A stretch of 35,848 nt of DNA, taken from a candidate division WOR-3 bacterium. GTDB lineage: Bacteria > Hydrothermota > Tepidihabitantia > Tepidihabitantales > DTDR01. Positions 23,927 to 32,612 of this stretch are shown here, in pieces; within the stretch, counting starts at the first letter, position 1; each line of letters opens with the position of its first letter. The DNA is taken from positions 1 through 35,848 of the forward strand of contig JBDRVL010000001.1 of NCBI GenBank assembly GCA_039801845.1, given 5' to 3'. A model generated the notes under the pieces. It was not told the DNA's origin. It saw only the letters and a list, made by a program, of their open reading frames with translations, and did not search any database. Both the position numbers and the translations under genes were made by a program.

Positions 23927-25231
23927 GTGCTCATTAAAGACCCAACCTTATATCAATTTATTTTTCTTTTTCGTTGGCATTCATTGGAAAAAAAAGAGGA
24001 ATTTGAATGGCATAAAGAAGCAATCAGAAATTTCTTTTTAGAAGCTTGGGAAAAAGTAGGTCCGAAAGCACCGTTTCCGGAGGCAGAGGTAGATAAATTT
24101 TTAAACGAAACAGAGAATTTTCTTTTTGCCCACGAAAAAATCGAAAATTTATTTAAGGATATTCGGATATTGAATTCGGGAGTAAAAAGCGGCGATCAAC
24201 CAAATTTAAAATTAGAATTGGAAATTCGTGCTTACGATGATGCTGTCCGAATAGAAATTAGTTATCTTTTAGAAGGAGAATATCCTCCCAATTCTTTTTT
24301 AATAATAAAAAACGAACTTTTAGATACAAGCAAATTGAAGAAAGAGCCGAGTGGTCGTCACGTTTATATTGGTGAAACCTATTATCCAGCATTCCAAATT
24401 GAAAAGTGCGAAGAGCAAGAAGCAAGAAAAATTGCCTCAGAAATTATGAAATATCTTAGTTATCCAGAAGACGAATTTAATATTCTGGAATTTAATTGGG
24501 GGTATTTAGCCATCAACCAAAGTAAGAAAGAGAATCCGATAATTCTTTATTGGGATGAGAATGAAAATAAATGGTTGATAGCTAAACTTGTCCATAAGAT
24601 TTTTTCTTTTCTCTTTTTAAATCGTTACAAATTCTTTTATATTCTAAAATCTTATTTTGACTTACAAGATAAACTTAATAGAGAAGAGCGGGAGATAAAT
24701 GATTTATGTATTCGGGCTTTAAAAGAGGTGGAACTAAAAAGAAGTGAAAAAGATATTAATATTTTAAAAAGGATGGAAGCAAGTACTGTAGAATTAAGCC
24801 AAGTTCTTACCGGTTATGTTCAAAATCTTGCCATCCTTAAAGGATATATAAAAGAGGTTGAAGTTTTATTAGAAGGAATAGAGAAACTTTTAGGAGAGAG
24901 TTCTTTGCGAGAGAAAAATAATTCTTTGGTTGATTTTTGGACGAAAGATATAAAATCTACCAAAGAACAATTAAATACGAATTTAAATTTCTATTGGCTG
25001 ACAAAAGAAACCGGCGATTCTACCTTAGATTTTCTTTATAAAATAGCCGAAATAAGAGATAGTCAATGGGATAGATTTACTAATTTTTTAGTCGGAATTC
25101 TTTCCGCTTGGGCAATCCTTGATGTATTTGAAGCCAACCTATCCTGGTGGATAAGAATTATTCTATTGTTTATACTTGCTCCTGCTTTCTATTTTCTTTT
25201 GCCAAAACTTCGTATCTGGTTAAAAATGTAG
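23927..25231 (+). CDS. hypothetical protein with coiled-coil middle and C-terminal two-TM hairpin (candidate membrane effector)
   Basis: 434 aa, with a GTG start 9 nt after the previous stop (start uncertain). The last 52 aa (nt 25073..25228) contain two hydrophobic helices, FLVGILSAWAILDVF and WWIRIILLFILAPAFYFLLP. I recognise no family. Confidence 0.55.
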   Translation: MLIKDPTLYQFIFLFRWHSLEKKEEFEWHKEAIRNFFLEAWEKVGPKAPFPEAEVDKFLNETENFLFAHEKIENLFKDIRILNSGVKSGDQPNLKLELEIRAYDDAVRIEISYLLEGEYPPNSFLIIKNELLDTSKLKKEPSGRHVYIGETYYPAFQIEKCEEQEARKIASEIMKYLSYPEDEFNILEFNWGYLAINQSKKENPIILYWDENENKWLIAKLVHKIFSFLFLNRYKFFYILKSYFDLQDKLNREEREINDLCIRALKEVELKRSEKDINILKRMEASTVELSQVLTGYVQNLAILKGYIKEVEVLLEGIEKLLGESSLREKNNSLVDFWTKDIKSTKEQLNTNLNFYWLTKETGDSTLDFLYKIAEIRDSQWDRFTNFLVGILSAWAILDVFEANLSWWIRIILLFILAPAFYFLLPKLRIWLKM

Positions 25232-25237
25232 GTATTA

Positions 25238-25269
25238 TCAATATCGTAATTTTACTCAATATCGTAATT

Positions 25270-25273
<4 letters not shown>
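25238..25273. repeat. perfect 18-bp tandem duplication (TCAATATCGTAATTTTAC x2)
   Basis: The copies lie at 25238..25255 and 25256..25273. They sit in the 38-bp convergent gap, and the second copy includes the purM stop codon plus 1 nt. Confidence 0.9.
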
Positions 25274-26236
<963 letters not shown>

Positions 26237-26247
<11 letters not shown>

Positions 26248-27985
26248 TAGCAGTTATTTTGTGAGTTATCGCTTTTAAAAATTTGATAAGTTTATTATAA
26301 TCCCAGGTGTTGATAACATCTTCTTTTTCAAGCCATCCTCTTCTTGCAATACCGACGCCAAATCGCATCCATTCTAAATCTCTAACAGCATGGGCATCGG
26401 TATTGATGGCAATTTTTATTCCCATTGATTTTGCTTTTCTTAAATGTAATTCGTCTAAATCAAGTCTATCTGGATAGGCATTGAGTTCTAAAACCTTATT
26501 ATATTTTTGAGCATATTCTAAAACCTTTTCAATATCAACCTCATATCCTTCTCTCTTAGAAATCAATCTTCCTTGAGGATGGGCAATGATATGGACATAA
26601 GGATTTTTAATTGCTTCAATTAATCTTTCAGTAACCTTCTTTTTAAACCCTTGATGAATAGCAGCAACCACAATATCACATTCCTTTAATATTTCATCAG
26701 AAAAGTCTAAGCCTCCATCCGGTAGAATATCTACTTCAATTCCTTTTAAGATTTTTATATCTTTATATTTTTTAGATAATTTATCTATCTCCTCCCATTG
26801 TTTTTTTAATCTTTCTTCATCTAAGCCATGGGCATATTTAGCGAATTTAGAATGGTCGGTTATTGCAATATATTGATAACCAATTTTTCGGCAGGCATTT
26901 ACCATTGTTTCTAACTCATCCAAACCATCGGAATAAGTAGTATGAATTTGGAAGTCTCCTTTTATATCTTTTAATTCAATTAATTTTGGCAATTGTCCTT
27001 TTTGGGCTGCTTCAATTTCGCCACGGTCTTCTCTTAACTCCGGCGGAATCCAAACCAAACCAATTGCTTTATATACCTCTTCTTCAGTTCTACCAGCAAT
27101 CATTTTATCTCCTTTAAATACGCCATATTCAGAAATTTTTAATCCTTTATCTTTGGCAATACTTCTTAGTTTAATATTATGGGCTTTTGAACCAGTAAAA
27201 TATTGTAGGGCAGCACCATAGGATTCTTCCGGTACAATTCTTATATCTACCTGTCTTGCTTCTTTACCTTCACCAATCATTACTGATGCCTTTGTTTCGC
27301 CAGCAGCAAGAATTCTTGATACTTTTGGATACTTGGTAAAATATTCAATTATTTCTTCTCTATCTTTATCGTCACAGGTGACAAGAATATCAATATCACC
27401 AATTGTCTCTTTCCATCTTCTTAAAGAGCCTGATGGGCAAACTTCTTTTACTTTTTTATTTTTCTTTAAATATTCAACAACATTTTCGGCAATTTCTAAA
27501 GCGGTATCAATTGGTATTCTTGCTTGTGATTGTTCATATAACTCAATACCTTTTTTAATATTTTCAACCTTTTTCTCACCCATTCTAAATAATTTTGCCA
27601 ATGAGCCATCTTCAATCACTCTTTTTAGGTCTTCTAAATTTTTTACACCAAGTTCTTTATGTGCTAAAGCCAATGTTTTTGGACCAAGATTTTGGATTGA
27701 TAGAAGTTCTAATAACCCTTCAGGAATTCCTTCTAAGGCTTCTTCATACTTTTTCATTTTACCGGTTTCCAAATATTCCTTAATCTTTTTTTCAATCCCT
27801 TCGCCAATTCCTGGTATTGAACGTAATTTCCCTTTTTTATAAAGTTCTTCAATATCTTCGGTTAATTCTTCCAATACCCTTGCTGCTTTCCGGTAGGCAA
27901 TAACTTTGAATTGTAACTCACCCTTATATTCTAAGGCATCAGCAATGGTGTCAAAAATTTTTGCCAATTCTTTATTTTTGCTCAT
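26237..27985 (-). CDS. polX: family X DNA polymerase with C-terminal PHP domain (PolX)
   Basis: 582 aa. The N-terminal 8-kDa/HhH part carries IADALEYKG...FKVIAYRKAA...IPGIGEGI. A GDIDIL nucleotidyltransferase motif is present. The PHP domain carries DFQIHTTYSDG and INTDAH. Confidence 0.9.
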
Positions 27986-28196
27986 AACATTCCCAATTAT
28001 TATTTGGCAATTTAGTTATCTTATAATATTTTTGATTACAGAAACATAAGAAAATAGTCTTTCTTTCTCGGGTTTTAAAATCTTCCACAATCTCTTTATA
28101 TAAAATTTTTTCAATGAGAAATTCTTTGCCATCAATTAAAATTGCCCTTGGTCTTTCTTCTCCTTTATAACCAGAATAAATTTTTACTTCCAGCAT
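27972..28196 (-). CDS. small hypothetical protein (74 aa)
   Basis: Sits co-directionally between two genes and overlaps the polX start by 14 nt. I recognise no family, so coding status is uncertain. Confidence 0.35.
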   Translation of the reverse strand: MLEVKIYSGYKGEERPRAILIDGKEFLIEKILYKEIVEDFKTRERKTIFLCFCNQKYYKITKLPNNNWECYEQK

Positions 28197-28204
28197 TAAT
28201 TTGT

Positions 28205-30268
28205 TTATCTGATGAAAAGGATTTTTCTTGCATCCTTTCTATCCTTGGAGATGATAAAATAAATACCCGGTTTAACTTTTTCTTTATTTAACTTTTTCCC
28301 TAAGGGATCAAAGATTGAATAATCTTTTTCTAAATAAATTAACTCTTTTTTAAAAAAGACTGTTTTCGTATTTTTACTAAAAATTGGCTTAAATTTATTT
28401 TCCTCTATTCCAATTGGTCTTTCTCGATAAGAATAAAATAGGGTTGTTTTATTTCCCAGAATAAAGAAGAAGGTTTGGAAATCAGGAACATAAACCATTG
28501 AACTTCCTTTTGTTTTATTTATTGGTAATGAGTCAATGAGATACCAACTATCTCCTTGGGTATATTGCCAGAATTGGGGAGTCCCCCCTTTTAGACAATA
28601 AATTTTACCATCTTTATAAGCAAGGGCAGTGCCGTTTTTTGGTTTTTTCTTTTTGCTACTATTTGGTGGTGCATCGGGAAGAGAGGATAATTGGACAAAA
28701 GAATCGGTAAAGATATTATATTTATAAAAATCACCATATTTTCCTTTTAAAATATAAATATTATATCTACCATCATAGGCTAAACAACTTCCTTCGTCCA
28801 TTGGTTTACCACTGGGATTTGTTGGAGTATTATTTCTTTTTATCCAAGTATCCCGTTCAATATGATAGGAATATAAATTGTTAGTCTTGGAACCGTAAAG
28901 GAGATAGATAAAACTGGAATCTAATTTTTTCACATAAACCATATCACAACCACTTTTTAATTTTGCCTCTTTTTGCGAAGGATATTTAAAACCATAAGGA
29001 ACATCCTTTTTTCTTTCCCATTTTCTTTGGGAAATATCATATCGCCAGAATTCCAAAGTATTACCACCTTTGATGAGATAGATATAATTAGAATTATCGC
29101 TTACTAAGGCGCACCCTTTTTTTACTTTCTTTTTCTTTTCTCCACCGGGAATAGTTTCTAATTTTTGCCAGTTATCACTTAAAATATCATAAAGAATAAA
29201 ATTATTGGTTTTACTACCAGTTATCGCATAAATAAATCTCGGAGGTAAGTAAGTCATATCGCTTCCATCTTTAATCGGTTTCTCAGCAATCAAATCCTTT
29301 CTTTTTTTCCATCCTGGTTCAGGAAGACTGTAAGTAAAAATTGTATCATAATAGACAATTATTGGATTACGGTCATTTGTTATAAGCGAACAGATTACTG
29401 GATGGATACCAGAAGTTAAAGTAATATTTTCAAAAATAACTGTGTCATAAGCAGGATAATAAATAGCGGAAGAAAGATGACCACTTCTTCGAAAGGTATT
29501 TTCACCGATTTTAATTGTTAAAAGATAATCTCGGGAGAAGAAGGAATCATTTCTCGTGATAACTTTTAGATTAAAAGGCACCTCGGCAAAAATTGTTTCC
29601 GGTGTAATTTTTTCAATATAAAAATAATAAGGAGTAAAAGTATCAATAAGATTAATAGTATCTTTAATTTTATTAGAAATCGTCCAGATATAAGGTCCAA
29701 AATAATTAGTATCCCAAACAGTTGTTAATGTTTGATATTTTAAAAAATCTCCTTCCCTTCGCCAAACTTTAATTACTAAAGTATCATAAGGTTGAATTTC
29801 TAATGACTTTAGATTTAAAGCATAATAGTTCCAAAGATTACCTTGTTGCGGAGTTAATTGGCAAGAATCAATTATAAACTTGTTATTTCTTTTTAAATAG
29901 GCTTTCATATAAGCAATTGGTGATAGAGGTTCATAAGGCAGAATATTAGAGATAATAAAAGTTACCGCATTGGGATAGATATCAAATATTAAATTACTTT
30001 CACTTTTTCTAAAATTTTTAATCCGAAAACTTAATGTTTCCTGAAAATTAGAAAGAATGCCAATCGTCTCTCCTAAAACATCGGCAAAAAATTGATATCG
30101 GGCAAAACCATTACCTAATCTAAAAATTTCGGCATAAATTGTGTCAGGAGTATTTTGGGTATATACTTTGATTGTTTCGATTTCTACCTCTGGTTCAATA
30201 CGAACAAAACCAATCATCAATTGAGAAAAAGCAAAGGGAGCAATAAATAAAATAATCAAATATCTCAT
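28205..30268 (-). CDS. secreted Kelch-like beta-propeller protein with T9SS-type C-terminal sorting tail
   Basis: Signal peptide MRYLIILFIAPFAFSQ. At least five Kelch-like blades (for example IYLIKGGNTLEFWRYDISQRKWERKKDVP and IYILKGKYGDFYKYNIFTDSFVQLSSLP). The C-terminal PGIYFIISKDRKDARKILFIR resembles Por/T9SS type A sorting domains. Confidence 0.55.
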   Translation of the reverse strand: MRYLIILFIAPFAFSQLMIGFVRIEPEVEIETIKVYTQNTPDTIYAEIFRLGNGFARYQFFADVLGETIGILSNFQETLSFRIKNFRKSESNLIFDIYPNAVTFIISNILPYEPLSPIAYMKAYLKRNNKFIIDSCQLTPQQGNLWNYYALNLKSLEIQPYDTLVIKVWRREGDFLKYQTLTTVWDTNYFGPYIWTISNKIKDTINLIDTFTPYYFYIEKITPETIFAEVPFNLKVITRNDSFFSRDYLLTIKIGENTFRRSGHLSSAIYYPAYDTVIFENITLTSGIHPVICSLITNDRNPIIVYYDTIFTYSLPEPGWKKRKDLIAEKPIKDGSDMTYLPPRFIYAITGSKTNNFILYDILSDNWQKLETIPGGEKKKKVKKGCALVSDNSNYIYLIKGGNTLEFWRYDISQRKWERKKDVPYGFKYPSQKEAKLKSGCDMVYVKKLDSSFIYLLYGSKTNNLYSYHIERDTWIKRNNTPTNPSGKPMDEGSCLAYDGRYNIYILKGKYGDFYKYNIFTDSFVQLSSLPDAPPNSSKKKKPKNGTALAYKDGKIYCLKGGTPQFWQYTQGDSWYLIDSLPINKTKGSSMVYVPDFQTFFFILGNKTTLFYSYRERPIGIEENKFKPIFSKNTKTVFFKKELIYLEKDYSIFDPLGKKLNKEKVKPGIYFIISKDRKDARKILFIR

Positions 30269-30275
30269 TTAATTA

Positions 30276-30304
30276 ATTATGAATATATTTTTTTAAAAAA
30301 TCAA
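30276..30304 (-). promoter_or_regulatory. sigma70-like promoter of the Kelch-like gene operon, positioned for a leaderless transcript
   Basis: Minus strand reads TTGATT (rc of 30299..30304), 17 nt, CATAAT (rc of 30276..30281), 7 nt, ATG (30268). Confidence 0.3.
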
Positions 30305-30312
30305 TATTAAAA

Positions 30313-31437
30313 TTAGGTAATTTTGTATTGATAAACCCGATATTTTTTATAAAGTTTAACTCCCCAGGTTTCTATCGGTCTAATTATTTCGATATTATCC
30401 TCTAAAATCCAAGATACTTCTCCCCATTCATAACCAAGTTTTTTACCACCTAAAAAGGTTTCGTAGTAAAGTAAGGCATCAACTCCGATTTTTCTATATT
30501 TCTTTTTTACTCCCAATGCCCAAAGTCGACCACTTTTAATCTTTCTTTGATAATATAAAAATTTAAAAATCCCAAAGGGGAAAAGTTTACCATTGAGATG
30601 AATTAAAACTTCATTATAATTAGGTAGAGCAATACTTATTCCGGCTGGTTCACCATCTATTTCAACAATGGGAATTATTTCGCTTTTGGCAATCGGTTTT
30701 AATTTCTTTCCTAAATAATTGATTTCTTCATCAGTTAGGGGAGTAAAATCCCAATTTTCTTGCCAGGCATCATTATATATTTCTTTTATCTTTCTTAATT
30801 CGACATCTAATATTTTTAAGTTTACATTTCTCACTTGGAATCTTTCTTTCTTTTTTAATTTTTCAATTAGGTTGGCAATTTTTTGAGGCACAAATTGGTC
30901 TAAATTAATATAATAGGCATATAAATCCTTTGCCTTCTCCATTCCGTATCTTTCAGCAAATTCTAAATAATAAGGAGGATTATAGGACATCTTTATAACT
31001 GGCGGAGAATCAAATCCTTCATAAAGAAAAGCACATTCATCGTTTAAAGCCGGGTTGGCTGGACCAACCATCAGTTCCATTCCTTTTGATTTTAACCATT
31101 CTTTGACAGTATCAAATAAAGCACAGGCTACATCAAAATTGTTTACTACTTCAAAGAAACCAAAAAAACCAACATTTTTTTTATGATGGTTGATATAATT
31201 ATAATCAATAATACCAGCAATTCTACCAACTATCTCGTTTTTAAAATAGGCTAAAAAAAGTTCAATATCAGCATGGCGGAAATAGGGATTTTTATTTTTA
31301 GAGACAGTTTCTTTCACATCACTAATAAGAGGCGGAACAAAATTCTTATCACCTTGGTAAATTTTAAAAGGTAATTTTGCAAATAAATCTAAATCATTTT
31401 TATTTTTAACCTTTTCAATTTTTATTAATTCTCTCAT
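30313..31437 (-). CDS. GNAT-like N-acyltransferase (374 aa), function unknown
   Basis: Size and pattern fit the long GNAT-family proteins (C-terminal RKIGVDALLYYE resembles acyl-CoA-binding motif A, R/Q-x-x-G-x-G/A). The ATGA overlap indicates translational coupling to the upstream SPT-like gene. The family call is moderate. Confidence 0.5.
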   Translation of the reverse strand: MRELIKIEKVKNKNDLDLFAKLPFKIYQGDKNFVPPLISDVKETVSKNKNPYFRHADIELFLAYFKNEIVGRIAGIIDYNYINHHKKNVGFFGFFEVVNNFDVACALFDTVKEWLKSKGMELMVGPANPALNDECAFLYEGFDSPPVIKMSYNPPYYLEFAERYGMEKAKDLYAYYINLDQFVPQKIANLIEKLKKKERFQVRNVNLKILDVELRKIKEIYNDAWQENWDFTPLTDEEINYLGKKLKPIAKSEIIPIVEIDGEPAGISIALPNYNEVLIHLNGKLFPFGIFKFLYYQRKIKSGRLWALGVKKKYRKIGVDALLYYETFLGGKKLGYEWGEVSWILEDNIEIIRPIETWGVKLYKKYRVYQYKIT

Positions 31438-32609
31438 AAGTATTTTGTCAATTTTTTAAATACCTCTAAAGCAAACTCAATATCTTCTTCGGTATGAATT
31501 GCCATGTAACTGGTTCTAATTAGTGAACGGTTAGGCGGAACTGCCGGTGGAATAACGGGATTGGCAAATATTTGATTTTCAAATAGCAAATGCCAGAATT
31601 TTAAGGTTTTCATATCTTCGCCAATGATTATGGGAATTATTGGTGTGACACTTTCACCCGTATCATAACCAAGTTTTTTTAAACCTTCCCGCATTTTTTC
31701 AGTAATCTTCCAAAGGTGTTTTCTTCTTTCTGGTTCCTTTTGGATTATTTCTAATGCTTTAGAAGCAGCGGCCACTGAGGCCGGTGGCAAAGCCGCAGAA
31801 AAAATAAGGGAACGGGCATTGTGACGAATATAACTAATTACTTTCTTCTCACCAACAACAAATCCACCAATTGTGGCAAAGGATTTGGAAAAGGTGCCCA
31901 TTATTAAATCAACCTTATTTTCTAAACCAAAATATTCAACAGTACCGCGACCATTTTCACCCATCACACCTACTGCGTGGGCTTCGTCAACTAAAATTCG
32001 GGCATTATATTTCTCTGCTAAATTGACAATTTCTGGTAGATTACAAAGGTCGCCTTCCATACTAAAAACGCCATCAACCACAATAAGTTTTCCAGAATTT
32101 TTTGGAAGGGATTTTAAAATTCTTTCCAAACTTGCCATATTATTATGGGGAAATCTTTTCACATTACCAAAAGATAATTTACAGCCATCAATAATAGAAG
32201 CATGGTCAAGTTTATCGGTAATCACATAATCATTTTTACTTACTAAAGAAGAGATGATGCCCAAATTAGTTTGGTAACCGGTAGAAAAAACAATACAATC
32301 GTCGCGATTAAAGAATCTTGCCAATTTTTCTTCTAATTCTAAATGTAAATCTAAGGTGCCGTTTAAAAATCTTGAACCAGTGCAACCGGTTCCATATTTT
32401 TTTATTGCTTCAATTGCTGCTTCTTTTAATCTTGGGTCATTAGTTAATCCTAAATAATTATTAGAACCAAGCATTAAATATTTTTTACCATTAATTATTA
32501 CCCAATTATTAGTTTCTGATTCAATTGGTGTGAAATAAGGATAATAACCTTTGGTTATTGCCTCTTCTACCTTTTTATAATAGATTTCACATTTATCAAA
32601 TAAATCCAT
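31434..32609 (-). CDS. PLP-dependent alpha-oxoamine synthase, serine palmitoyltransferase-like
   Basis: 391 aa. Motifs GTGCTGSRFLNGT, IVFSTGYQTNLGIISSL, DHASIIDGC, VDEAHAVG, the lysine motif GTFSKSFATIGGFV and LIFSAALPP. From memory, GTFSKS plus the flanking blocks resemble Sphingomonas SPT more than BioF or Kbl (GTF/LGKA). Confidence 0.8.
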   Translation of the reverse strand: MDLFDKCEIYYKKVEEAITKGYYPYFTPIESETNNWVIINGKKYLMLGSNNYLGLTNDPRLKEAAIEAIKKYGTGCTGSRFLNGTLDLHLELEEKLARFFNRDDCIVFSTGYQTNLGIISSLVSKNDYVITDKLDHASIIDGCKLSFGNVKRFPHNNMASLERILKSLPKNSGKLIVVDGVFSMEGDLCNLPEIVNLAEKYNARILVDEAHAVGVMGENGRGTVEYFGLENKVDLIMGTFSKSFATIGGFVVGEKKVISYIRHNARSLIFSAALPPASVAAASKALEIIQKEPERRKHLWKITEKMREGLKKLGYDTGESVTPIIPIIIGEDMKTLKFWHLLFENQIFANPVIPPAVPPNRSLIRTSYMAIHTEEDIEFALEVFKKLTKYL

Positions 32610-32612
32610 AGT

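Noticed and set aside
23927-25231. Calling the 434-aa protein a bacterial gasdermin because it sits next to a caspase-like protease.
   Set aside because: It is much longer than bacterial gasdermins as I recall them. It has a coiled-coil region and an integral C-terminal two-TM hairpin, which do not fit that fold. I have no sequence motif to support the call.
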